A stretch of DNA of 63,724 nt, filler included, from Octopus bimaculoides (taxonomy: Eukaryota), in assembly GCF_001194135.2 (NCBI RefSeq). It is 6 parts of 5 records of this genome, joined end to end, with 100 filler letters (N's around TTAATTAATTAA, not from the genome) between each part and the next. Parts side by side here need not be neighbours in the genome. Positions count along the whole stretch, not along the records: positions 28,265 to 52,026 come from NC_068990.1; positions 52,127 to 57,032 come from NC_068984.1; positions 57,133 to 58,876 come from NC_068984.1; positions 58,977 to 61,485 come from NC_068994.1; positions 61,586 to 63,724 come from NC_068985.1; 1 more part is not named here. The stretch is one strand, 5' to 3'. The notes under the pieces were generated by a model that saw only the letters and a list, made by a program, of their open reading frames with translations, made no database searches and was not told the origin of the DNA. Below, piece by piece: positions 51,786 to 63,724 of the stretch (the stretch's first letter is position 1; the number at the start of each line of letters is the position of its first letter). Both the position numbers and the translations under genes were made by a program.

Positions 51786-54499
51786 TTCGTTTTATTGGCC
51801 ACAAGGGCTAATATCAAATAAAGACATATAAGGACAAAGACAGGACGAAGGTTACAAAAGGTTTTGTCCGAAAAGGTAGGAAAGTTCGTCTAAACAGAGG
51901 AAGAAAACGGAGAAGGATATAATAAATAAATAGATAAATAAATAGATAAATAAATAAGTAGAACTCCCAAAGGGGGAGGCGCTTCGAAAAAGGAAAGGTT
52001 ACACGTGGAAAAACCCATAAAACCACNNNNNNNNNNNNNNNNNNNNNNNNNNNNNNNNNNNNNNNNNNNNTTAATTAATTAANNNNNNNNNNNNNNNNNN
52101 NNNNNNNNNNNNNNNNNNNNNNNNNNTCTTACCACACATCCACGCCTGCGCTTATTGTTGATATAATGACACGAGTTGCTGTAGTTGTTGGTGAGCTGAG
52201 TGGTTCCTTCACGCTCTGAGTGTTTGAGATGTACGTTTAAGATTTTGTCAGACCCTAAGGGATTCTGAGATTTGCTGGTTACTTTGGGGATCAGTTGGAA
52301 TTGGTAGGTTTTTTTTTGGGGGGGGGGGTTGAGAGAATATTTGTAGAGACTGCAGTTGCAAATGTAGAAGATACACCAAGAAGAGACGGTAAGTTTGTGA
52401 ATTAATTTTTGTGATGTGGTAAGTGAGTCTTTGTGGAGATTATTGTCGAGGTTTTAGAAGAAATGGAAAGAAGAAATATTGGTATCTGGTAGTTATATCT
52501 GCTGTTGGTGATTAGAATCTGTTGTAGGAGGTGAATAAGAAACAGAATAAGCAATGGTGAGGTAATGTGCCAACCAGGGCTTTGTTAGCTGGCAAATCAA
52601 TGCACTCGACTCTATTGTGCTTATTTACTGACGGCAAACCACTGCATACATAGATCAGAATTGGGTCCTAGACTGGTGAGGCCCCAAGGCAACTGCCCAG
52701 AATGTTTATGCCTTAAGATGTTGCTGGTGCCAACAGTTGTATGTTAGGGGAATTAATATTTATAGAGGTTGACGTAGTGACTGCGGAAGAAATGGAGAAA
52801 TGGTAATAACTGCAATTATCGTCTCACAGAGTTTAAGCTTTCTGTCTCTTCTACGCCTCCGGCAACAGGCTCTGCAAAGATTCATTTACCAACAAAGTGC
52901 AAGCACTAACCCACAGCTACACTACTTCAGCGCTTTCTTTCTTCTCTGTCCACTTCAATAAACTCTAAAAAATAAAAATCACTCGTCACACTGCAATGAT
53001 TAAGTCACAGACATAAGTTTATCTGCTCGTGTGTCTTCTACATCTACAAAACAGCGTCGGCGACTGAGTCTTTGTAGAGGCAGTAGTCGCAGAAATAGGA
53101 GAGACAGAACGGAATATACAGTCTCTCTGTAAATTGGTGTGTGCGAGACATTGTGAAGAGGCAGAGAGAAGCAACAGAGTCTGTGGCTGAGATGTGATAG
53201 AGTTTCGTTCAGGGTACCTTTGTAGGGGCAACTCTGGTGGTTGTAGAAGAGGCAGAAAAAATAGAAACTCCACCTGTTTTCTAGTTGTCGCATAAGTTAG
53301 GTGGATTTTTAAATACAGCTTAAGCAAATGATGGGCATAGCAGTAGCAGTAGTAGCAGTAGTAGCAGTGGTAGCAGTGGTAGTAGTAGTAGTAGCAGCAA
53401 CAGCATATGTGCCATATATTCGTGTGTGTACAGATCTGTAGCGTACCTCTTAGAACAGACTAATATTATAATTTTTTTTTTTAGTAAAGGTGTTGAATTC
53501 ATGACTGTAAGTTGTGGTTTCGATTCCTGGAGCGGGTGAAGCGCCTTCTTCCTAAGCAAAACACTTCATCTCATGTTACTCCAGTCCCTTCAGCTGGTAA
53601 AAATGAGTAACCCGGCGAGGGATCGGCGTCCCATCCAGGTGAGAAACATTTACGTCACAGAAACCTGTCCCGTGAGTCTATACGACTCGAGGAAGAGCAG
53701 TTAAGCCGTGACATAATATAAACAGCCAAAACACCGAAAATAGAAAAGTCTAAAATCTAAGACAAATGACCAAAGAATGCAGCGTTGGGAAAGAGCTGAA
53801 AGAATGGTAAACGGAAAGTTCTACAAGAAATAGTTGAACGGCAGATTGAAGAACTTTGTAAAGTATTTCGTTTGAATCGCCATATTACTGGGAACAACAT
53901 TCTATATAAAATAATATCAGTAAAATACACTTTCGATTTATTCAATTGTAATCGAATAAATAATTATTCTTTGAAAGTATTTTTCATGCACAACAGTTAA
54001 TGCAAGGACAATAACTCTACAAGATATATTTTTGAGTTATTTCCCTTGTAACAGTAAACCAGTTTTATTAGCAATTTCTTTACCTCTGAAATTGGGATTT
54101 AGGCTCATACATACATACATACATACATACACTATGACACCGTCAGAATCAGATGTGCAGGAGTAGAGGTCTGTTTAAAACGTTTTCTTGTACAGTTATG
54201 CCGACTCCTCCAGTTTACATCAGTAACTGGTTTATTTCCCCAATTATAGTAATAGAAATACTTTTTACTTACCAACGAAGTGTTATTTAGGTGAGATTTT
54301 TTTAAAAATATGTCTTGTACCACGAGGAATTCCGCCAGTACGATTATGGCTGAAACTAACAACAACAGCACTGATGAAAACAGCCGGACAGTAACCAGTA
54401 AGTTGTCTCTGAAGACGTAAGTACACTTCTCATTTTACTCAGACTCAACATCTAAAGTAAGATCTAGTTCGGTGCTCAGAAAAAGTCTGTGATAGCCTT

Positions 54500-56950
54500 T
54501 CTATTGGAACTGACTGAAAATACTGGGGCGAAGCTCATCCCAAGTTAAACACTCTTTACAGCGAAACACTTTCACCAACAAACGTTTTTCTTCAAAAATA
54601 AATGGCTTGTTTTTGTGATGTTTATCGATTTTCTGAAAACACTGACAACTGGCCAAAATCTGCCAGAGAAGAGAGGGAAAATAATGAAAACAAGCAGCTG
54701 CCGCCATCACTAAATTCTTGTGTTTCTCCAAATATTGCTGAGTTGAGAGACAACTGTGGAATATATCCAACTTTTCTACTTTTTTTGAAACTCTCGTTGA
54801 GCAATTTTCAACAAGATTTAAGAAAACTTCAACTGTTCTAATTTTAAAAGTTATCGACGATGTCACTGGAGAGCATGTGGAATCATTTGATGTTAATTAC
54901 TGGAATAATTACCTTCGTTTACGCAACTGCTATCATTCTTAAAGAACACCTGCTAGAAGTCTGCAGTAGACATGGTAATGAATTTACTGAGCGGAAGCAA
55001 GCCGGATGGAAAACAAAACCTGAAGAAGACATCAACAATCTGCACCGCCATATTGGACGCTTAATCAGGATAATAGTGAGTTAACACCTCATTAATTACA
55101 TCTTAGGAGTAAATTAACAAACCTCTACAGTGACTCTTCACACGAGGCTCTTGGCACGAACTCTAAATACTGAAAAGCACGAACTCGGAACGCTGAGCAG
55201 AAAACTCGGCTACCGTCAGAAAATTCTCGAACGAACCAATATAAAGAACAAACTTGCTTCGAAGCCAAACACATTACACAGAGAGGTGAGGGAGGAAACC
55301 ATTACTGTTAAGAAACACCCTTTCTCAAAATCTTGAACCATTCTAGTCTAAAATCTGGAATTTAAAAAGGAATTTCACCCTTATTGCATCCTGGCTCAAT
55401 ACAGTCAGGAGAGAATACTGTGAAAAATAAACAAGTGACCCAGAAACTTTCATCATAGCTGTAATCAAAGTGCATCATGGGAAGGCAACAGGAAGAGAGA
55501 GCTAATCGTTGAATATTGGTGCAAGAAGACGACTGTTTACAGAAGAAAATCCTTAATATGTATATTGAAAAGGACTATGGAAGGTCATATTGACGTATCG
55601 AATTGGCTTGCAAAATGGCACGGACGAACCTTGTGACCAAGAATGAAACCATCGAGTTGGTGGAAAGCTATGGCCCCATCGCTTGCCTAGACTTTATGTA
55701 CCAACAGCACACAAACCACCTCAACTCATTCTTCCCGGATCATTGCGAGGCCAAAGAACTGCTGACGGAGAAGCAAGCAAGAGGAAAGAAGGGAGGGTGG
55801 GGGTCGTGACGAATAACTTTTGACTGACAAACTTGTAAGAAAACACCGCAGATGCCTTCCGACAGCAGGCGTTCTACTCTATTCCCTACTCGGGGCTGTT
55901 GAAGAGTCTACGTGTGGCAAAAGCCCCTGCTGCCTTACTTGCTGTTATTGAGAGTTTAACAAAGACCTGGACCATAGTTCTGACACAACTGAGAGCGGAA
56001 CGATCGCCTCCAATGTTATAAATATTTCAAAGGGAATTTTCCAAGGAGGTAGCACCATTTGCAGTACCAGGGGTGATTCCAACATTTGGTATACATAACT
56101 GGCCTGTCGACGAAATCCACTCCGTGGACATTAAAACCTGCAAGATACTAACATCAGCTGGAAACTTCCACAGAAACAGTGACATCGACAGACTCTACAA
56201 AAGATGAGACAAAGGAGGTAGAGGCTTGAGATCAGTGCAGACAACTGTCCAATGTCGTATAGATCTCTCAGGCAGCAGCAAAAAGTAAATACATTAACTT
56301 ACAACAAAAAAGTGATGACAACAACATTCTACGCGTCGGCAGCGACCTCCTCAGGAAGATCTCTCTTCCTGATGACCTCCCATACAATTCAGCACACCAA
56401 AAAAAAAAAAAAGACTGAGCATGGTTATGTTTTCCGAAGACTTGAAGACAGTAACAACAACACGAGTGCAGCCTCCCGTATTTTGAAGGCTATGCATTTT
56501 CAATCCAAGAAGGAGGAATTGCTGCGAATTATCTAACAATTAAAAGAGACGGTGAAGCCTTTAGAGTTCCAAGATGCAACCGAAAATGTAGATTATGTCA
56601 TATTTCTGTGGAAGACATCACACTTGGGATTAGCAGCTGTCTGGAAATGTCATCAAGGTGCTATGCCATGACGTTATCGCAAAAAACTATAGAATGCCAT
56701 TAGGAAAAAAAGACTGTCCTGGAATAAATACAGGGAATCCCCCCTGTCGTTGAATACGGACATAAATATCAGCACAGGGAATATTGCTGGAAGATTCCCA
56801 TCAAAACATTGGTCAAGTGTAAATATAACAGATCGGATATTGTAGTTGGGGCAGACAAGAAAAAAAAAAACATGTACCGTCATAGAGGTCAGCTGTCCTG
56901 CTGATGTGAATATTTCTTCGGAAATCAAAGAGAAAGACAATAACACCTGC
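54500..56950 (+). mobile_element. Heavily decayed, nearly full-length R4/Dong-clade non-LTR retrotransposon
   Basis: Ordered frameshifted motifs: FVYATAIIL..WK..; RT ARTNLVTKNE..YGPIACLDFMY..LLTEKQ.RGKKG; KGIFQG; GGRGLRSV; Cys/His knuckle remnant; RLE NRSDIVV..KKKTCTVIEVSCPADVN..KEK. Truncated by a gap. Confidence 0.82.
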
Positions 56951-57180
56951 TTCGAAACCTTCAGCTTCCAGATTATCCAGATTATCCAGATTCATATTTA
57001 TAACAATAATAGTTGGTGTACTTGGTTAAGTCNNNNNNNNNNNNNNNNNNNNNNNNNNNNNNNNNNNNNNNNNNNNTTAATTAATTAANNNNNNNNNNNN
57101 NNNNNNNNNNNNNNNNNNNNNNNNNNNNNNNNTCTCTCTCTCTCTATCTCTCTCTCTCTCTCTCTCTTCTGTCGATTTAC

Positions 57181-57620
57181 AGGACCATGCTCAAAGTGGT
57201 TTCGTCACTTGCACGCACCATCTTTGCTACATTCACCCACCTTTTATTGAAACTTTCAAGAGACAAAACTTGCCTCTCTATTCTCACCTTCCTTTACAAG
57301 TTGTTCTTGAAAAAGTAGATGAGCGATTGGCCAGAGAGTTCAGTGTTTGTCTCTAAACCTTTCTCTCGAGTCCACCACACACATTCTTTCACCATGCTCA
57401 CCGGTACGATGAAGACTGTTTTGCCTTCCCAGTCAAGGCAAGGTGGCGGAGCAACTGACACGATAGACTCGGCCGACAGGTGACACGTCCTACACGTGAC
57501 AGCAACCGTTCGGCATAAGCCCACAGGTCCGAAATGGTTGGACACTGCACGACCGCGTGTAGAACGGTTTTGACGCTTTGACCGCATCTCGGGCAAGTCA
57601 GTCCGGTGTGTCTGGAGCTG
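57181..57620 (-). mobile_element. L1/Tx1-clade LINE ORF2 C-terminal fragment
   Basis: Frame TCPRCGQSVKTVLHAVVQCPTISDLWAYAERLL (CCHC knuckle) shifts into SAESIV..PPP..EGK.VF..KE.VWWTR.KGL..LSGQ.LI.FFK, typical of Tx1/L1 ORF2 ends. Confidence 0.72.
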
Positions 57621-57654
57621 AAGATAGATAGATAGATAGACAGGCGGACCGACC

Positions 57655-57686
<32 letters not shown>

Positions 57687-57715
57687 AACAGACAGAACGA
57701 CCGACAGACAGATAT

Positions 57716-57752
<37 letters not shown>

Positions 57753-57757
57753 TAGAC

Positions 57758-57817
<60 letters not shown>

Positions 57818-58467
57818 GAGAAAATTTATGAATCACAAAACAAGGAGAAAAAATTTACGATATCAAACGCGTTGTGCTATATGTTATATATTTTCCATTT
57901 ATTAAGTGAGAGTTTATGGAAATTTATTTAGTCATTAGTATGTTTGCAAAGACTAACATTAGGAGAAATTGTGTTTTACAAGTAAAGAAATAACTTTTTT
58001 CTTTCTATTTTAAATAATTTTAGAAGTTAAGCATCAAATTCATTTTCAAACTCTTCGTTTCAAAACCTCCTAGAGTTGATTACATCTCTGTCTCACTTAC
58101 ACCTCCCTCGCTTCCTTTCTGCCTCTCTCTCTTCCCCTCTGCCTCCCTCTCTCTCTCTCGCTCCTTCTTTCTCTCTATATATATGCTTGTGTGTGTGTGT
58201 GTGTTTGTCTGTGTGTGTCAGTGTTTGTGTCTTTGTGTGTGCATGTGTGTGTGTGTGTGCTAGTGTGTCTGTATGTCTGTGTCTCTGTCTGTGTATGTTC
58301 GTATATCTGTTTTTGTGTGTTTATATATATGTATGAGTGTGTGTATATATATATACATATATATATACATATATATGTGTGTGTGTGTAAATATGTATAT
58401 ATGTATATATATATATATATATGTATATGTATGTATATATCAATAAACATATTATTTNNNNNNNNNN

Positions 58468-58545
<78 letters not shown>

Positions 58546-58839
58546 GTGTGTGTGTGTGTGCTTGTGTGTAATATATATATACACATTCATATGTAAATAT
58601 AAATAAATAAGTATATACATACATACACACATAAACACAGACACACACACACATGCACACACACGCACACGCACACACACATATATATATGCGTTTGTGT
58701 AACATGAGCAGTCACTAAATAAAAGTGAACAAGTAAATACAAAACATACGCACACACGCATAGACACGCACGGACACACACACATAGACACAGTCACACA
58801 CATACGCACACACACACATGCACACACACATACATATAC

Positions 58840-58876
<37 letters not shown>

Positions 58877-58976
58877 NNNNNNNNNNNNNNNNNNNNNNNN
58901 NNNNNNNNNNNNNNNNNNNNTTAATTAATTAANNNNNNNNNNNNNNNNNNNNNNNNNNNNNNNNNNNNNNNNNNNN

Positions 58977-59048
<72 letters not shown>

Positions 59049-59138
59049 CATGTATGGTTTAAAACTATGCAAAAGGTCAAATAACAGAGGACAGAGACAG
59101 GTGAATGAAACAAGTGAATTATAAATATAAAAGAATGA

Positions 59139-59450
59139 ATCACATTACTGGACGAGACCAACAACGCCTGGATTCGACAACACATGCGAGTCAGCGACAT
59201 CACAAGAACCATCGAGGAGAAACAATATAGATGGGCTGCCCACATCACGCGATTGAAGGTCAACAGTTGGACAATCAAGAATGGATACCAAGGCAATGAA
59301 TGGACAAGATCGAAAGGCCGACCAAAGACAACATGGTGAGATTATCTCTCCCCCCTCCCCCGCTGCTGGAGTCTACATGACCACAACTAGCCAGAAACAT
59401 ACAGTGGTGGAAGGAGTCCAGAGAGGAGGTACTCCTTCAGAAGCGTAACT
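59139..59450 (+). mobile_element. RTE-type LINE 3' fragment
   Basis: ITLLDETNNAWIRQHMRVSDITRTIEEKQYRWAAHITR..NSWT..WIPR..KGRPKTTW matches the N.WIR....DI...K.RWAGH.R..RW..W.P..R.RGRP..W motif. Confidence 0.8.
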
Positions 59451-59552
59451 GGATTCTTTCCATAATGTACTGTATTATTTGAAGTAGATTTGATCTCTGC
59501 TGCTAGCAATTCAAACAACATGGTATTAGATCCTGTTCTTAGCTTGAATATT

Positions 59553-59757
59553 CTTTTCTACTCTAGGCAATTTTGGAGAAGGCAATAGTCGATTACATCG
59601 ACCCTAGTACGCAACTGGTACTTAATTTTATCGACTCCGAAAGAATGAAAGGAAAAGTCGACCTCGGAGGAATTTGAACTCAGAACATAGCGACAGACGA
59701 AATACCGCCAAGCATTTCGCCCGGCGTGCTAACGATTCTACCAGCTCGCCGCGTCGG
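59553..59757 (-). mobile_element. SINE family B with 14-bp TSD
   Basis: TTAGCTTGAATATT is duplicated at 59539-59552 and 59758-59771. Confidence 0.9.
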
Positions 59758-61585
59758 TTAGCTTGAATATTACATTAGAAAAATTTGACTAGATATGCAA
59801 GACTCTCTGCTACCCACGTTCTACCGAAAACTGAAGAGCTAACAAAAAATTCTCAGGGGAAGTATGAAACACCATAACATAAGGGAACGAAAACTCCACG
59901 TATCGGTAAAACAAATTAAGTATATGTGTGTACATGAGAGCTGGTATATGTATGCGTATACACACACACTTACGTATATATGCATGTATGTGTGTGTGTA
60001 TGTATGTACAGAGACACACACGCGGACGCACGTATCTATCCACAGACATACACACTCACACACTGCCTAATTTGGCATGCACTAACTGGCAAAACGACAG
60101 CGGTGGATGATTTATTCACTATATCGACTGGTATAAATAAAAAGAGCCTGTCTAAGAGAATATNNNNNNNNNNNNNNNNNNNNNNNNNNNNNNNNNNNNN
60201 NNNNNNNNNNNNNNNNNNNNNNNNNNNNNNNNNNNNNNNNNNNNNNNNNNNNNNNNNNNNNNNNNNNNNNNNNNNNNNNNNNNNNNNNNNNNNNNNNNNN
60301 NNNNNNNNNNNNNNNNNNNNNNNNNNNNNNNNNNNNNNNNNNNNNNNNNNNNNNNNNNNNNNNNNNNNNNNNNNNNNNNNNNNNNNNNNNNNNNNNNNNN
60401 NNNNNNNNNNNNNNNNNNNNNNNNNNNNNNNNNNNNNNNNNNNNNNNNNNNNNNNNNNNNNNNNNNNNNNNNNNNNNNNNNNNNNNNNNNNNNNNNNNNN
60501 NNNNNNNNNNNNNNNNNNNNNNNNNNNNNNNNNNNNNNNNNNNNNNNNNNNNNNNNNNNNNNNNNNNNNNNNNNNNNNNNNNNNNNNNNNNNNNNNNNNN
60601 NNNNNNNNNNNNNNNNNNNNNNNNNNNNNNNNNNNNNNNNNNNNNNNNNNNNNNNNNNNNNNNNNNNNNNNNNNNNNNNNNNNNNNNNNNNNNNNNNNNN
60701 NNNNNNNNNNNNNNNNNNNNNNNNNNNNNNNNNNNNNNNNNNNNNNNNNNNNNNNNNNNNNNNNNNNNNNNNNNNNNNNNNNNNNNNNNNNNNNNNNNNN
60801 NNNNNNNNNNNNNNNNNNNNNNNNNNNNNNNNNNNNNNNNNNNNNNNNNNNNNNNNNNNNNNNNNNNNNNNNNNNNNNNNNNNNNNNNNNNNNNNNNNNN
60901 NNNNNNNNNNNNNNNNNNNNNNNNNNNNNNNNNNNNNNNNNNNNNNNNNNNNNNNNNNNNNNNNNNNNNNATATATATATATATATACATATATGTATGT
61001 ATATATATATGTATATAAATATATACATATATATATGTATATATATATATGTGTGTGTATATGTGTGCATGTGTGTATATATGTGTATGTGTGTGTGTAT
61101 GTATGTACAGAGACACACACGCGGACGCACGTATCTATCCACAGACATACACACTCACACACTGCCTAATTTGGCATGCACTAACTGGCAAAACGACAGC
61201 GGTGGATGATTTATTCACTATATCGACTGGTATAAATAAAAAGAGCCTGTCTAAGAGAATATGTATGGTTCTACCTGGAACGAATCTGAATGAGGTATAT
61301 GTATACGGCTGTCAGTCGCGTATGTTCTCCCTTGGAGTTACAATAAAATCCATAGAAATATTTTAAATGGAAGCTAAGAATACATTCACCTACACTATAC
61401 ATGTGTAGACGCGTGCCCACACAAACCCAAACATAATATATTTATGCATATAAATACGTATATATGTATATATATATATATATATNNNNNNNNNNNNNNN
61501 NNNNNNNNNNNNNNNNNNNNNNNNNNNNNTTAATTAATTAANNNNNNNNNNNNNNNNNNNNNNNNNNNNNNNNNNNNNNNNNNNN

Positions 61586-61639
<54 letters not shown>

Positions 61640-61803
61640 CTATATATATACATATATACATACATATATATACATATATATAAATATATATACATACATA
61701 TACATATAGATACATATATATATATCATAGGCATGCAGTCCATGGAAGCAAGGGAAGCAATACTTCCTTTAAAAATTATAGAAACAAAATTGAAACTATA
61801 TTA

Positions 61804-62905
61804 TTGGGTTGTCCGGAAAGTTCATGCCAATTTATAGTAGCTTACCTTTCGACTTATTTTAAAACATGGTTGAGTCCATAAAATAGGATTTGAGACTACA
61901 CCTCCATTTAAAGCACAGTTTGAGGTATCGTAAGGCAGTAAGCTGGCAGAAACGTTAGCATGCCAGGCGAAATGCTTAGCGGTATTTTGTCTGCTGCTAC
62001 GTCCTGAATTCAAATTCTGCTGAGGTCGACTTGGCCTTTCATCCTTTCGGGGTTGATAAATTAAGTACCAGTTATGCACTGGGGTCGATGCAATCGACTT
62101 AATCTCCTCATCTGTCCTTGTTTGTCCCCTTATGTTTATCCCTTTGTGGGCAATAAAGAAATAAGTTTAAGCTATCTTTTTGCGGAAGAAGGTTTATGTT
62201 CCTATAACCTGGGTTAATTCCGTAACCTGTTAAAATGGAAGATAAGAAAGTTCATTTTCAGCACTTGATGCTTTTCTTTTTCCATAAAGGGAAAAATGCC
62301 TCACAAGCAACCAAAGAAATATGTGCAGTTTACGGTGATGTTTCTTTATCCGAAAGAACTGTATGGAAGTGGTTCACAAGGTTCCGAGCTGGAGATTGTA
62401 GCCTTATTGATAAAGAGCGATCAGGCAGACCATCCACTACAGATGATGACCAAATCAAGTCATTAACTGAGAATAACCCACATTGCACAACCCGAGAATT
62501 GGCAGAAAGCCTCACCCTATAAAAATCCATCGTCCATGAGCACCTGGTAAAGCTTGGGTACACAAATTGCTATGATGTTTGGGTACTACATGAGTTGAGT
62601 GAGAAGAACCTTTTGGATTGCATTTCCATCTGTGATTTGCTTTATAAAGAGAATGAAAACACATCTTTTTTCAAGCAAATTGTGACAGGTGATGAGAAAT
62701 GGATTATCTACCGAAATGTTCAGAGAAACCGATCCCGGAGTAAGCGACATGAGCCACCCTTAGCCACCCCAAAAGTGGGTCTTCAACCTAAAAAAGTCTT
62801 GCTTTGTGTCTGGTGGGATTGGAAAGGAATTCTGTACTATGAGCTTCTCCGAAGTAACCAGAAAATTAATTCTGAGAAATACTGCACACAACTGGACAAG
62901 TTAAA
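61804..62905 (+). mobile_element. mariner element: 5' TIR plus truncated transposase pseudogene
   Basis: TA|TTGGGTTGTCCGGAAAGTTC TIR. ORF from 62235: MEDKKVHF..FHKGKNASQA..ICAVYG..W FTRFRAGD..RSGRP, one in-frame TAA (62520-62522), then IVTGDEKWI.Y..KKVLLCVWWDWKGILYYELL..INSEKYC.QLDKL. It is cut off at ~62905. Confidence 0.92.
61932..62165 (+). mobile_element. SINE family B nested in the mariner 5' UTR
   Basis: Co-linear with 48878-49093; lies between the TIR region and the transposase ATG. Confidence 0.9.
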
Positions 62906-63520
62906 ACAACAGAAGAAGACAGGTGGTGTAAACAACAAATGGATGTATTAGTTTAATACTCAGGAATAGAGAAAGTCTTTGATGTTTTGAGCCTATGCTC
63001 TTCAATTGAAAAGAACACAGAAAGAAACAAGGAGAAAAAAAAAATATAAATGTTGTGGTCAGCGATCTATCATGGCAAATGCCGGACAGAAGGATCACAG
63101 CTAAGAAAAAGAGGAGATAACAAAGAAGTGGTGAACCCAAGACGAGAATCTGCATGTGTGTGAGAGAATGCTGGTGAGCTTAACGTATGCATGTGTGTAT
63201 GTAGGTGTGAAGATGTGAAAATTTGGGGAAGGGAATTGGTCAGTGCTAGTGTGTGCGTGGTGGTGTGTTGTGTGATAAGGTGTAGCATGGTGTGATGTGA
63301 GGGTGTTGGGAGGTGGGGGAGGCAAAGACAGGGGAGGCGAGAGTGGGGAAAGGATGGGTGGAGTGTGGGTTAGGCTGAGGGTGGGGGTAGAGGTAGGGGT
63401 ATGTGGGTAGGCAGAGGTTGGAGTGGGTGTAAGGGATGGGATGGGAAGGTAGGGTAGGAGTGTGTAGGGGTGGGATGGGCTTATGAGGGAGGGTTGACGA
63501 TGAAGGGGGAATCTGTATAT
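62903..63520 (-). mobile_element. Penelope-type terminal-repeat fragment with decayed hammerhead (62976-63012)
   Basis: 62903-63030 aligns with 19345-19500. The minus strand reads cttt-TCAATTGA-AGAGCATAGGCTC-AAAACATC-AAAGA. The right boundary is uncertain. Confidence 0.5.
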
Positions 63521-63685
63521 ATATGTTTGCAAGTATATATGTGTATATACATGTGTACATATATATGTATATATAAAAATGTATATGATTAGATGTATAT
63601 GTATATATGTATGTATATAGATGTATATATAGATATTTATATGTGTATATATGTATATACATAGATCTATATGTTTATATATATG

Positions 63686-63723
<38 letters not shown>

Positions 63724-63724
63724 T

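Noticed and set aside
54371-54420. CTGATGA...GAAGACGT upstream of the Dong element as a hammerhead
   Set aside because: No GAAAC, stem II is not adjacent to the core, and there is no stem I pairing.
59985-61262. Identical ~180-bp segment on both sides of the 60163-60970 gap
   Set aside because: Exact identity flanking a gap points to unmerged contig overlap, not a real duplication.

Overview
Eukaryotic, AT-rich, microsatellite-dense draft genomic DNA with many N gaps. The SINE repertoire and simple-repeat load suggest an octopus (coleoid cephalopod); this is inferred, not proven. The only host gene I can support is one minus-strand coding exon (23069-22845) encoding the signal peptide and start of the pro-domain of a subtilisin/kexin proprotein convertase (PC2/furin-like). 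It ends at a GTAAGT donor and no second exon is recognisable in the 22.8 kb downstream. The rest is intronic or intergenic. It holds several tRNA-derived SINE families, decayed LINE pieces (R4/Dong, RTE, L1/Tx1), decayed mariner and maT/Tc1-type transposons, and hAT-, piggyBac- and Tc1-type MITEs. Most notable are five minimal type-I hammerhead-ribozyme motifs of three sequence families, of the kind known from Penelope-like element terminal repeats. One sits in a composite element (tRNA-like Pol III head + (AAT)n + hammerhead), and one family carries a variant CUGUUGA core. Repeat copies also suggest a CpG-retaining domain (about 19-61 kb) between CpG-decayed flanks. Almost all ORFs in the supplied track are microsatellite or N-gap artefacts.
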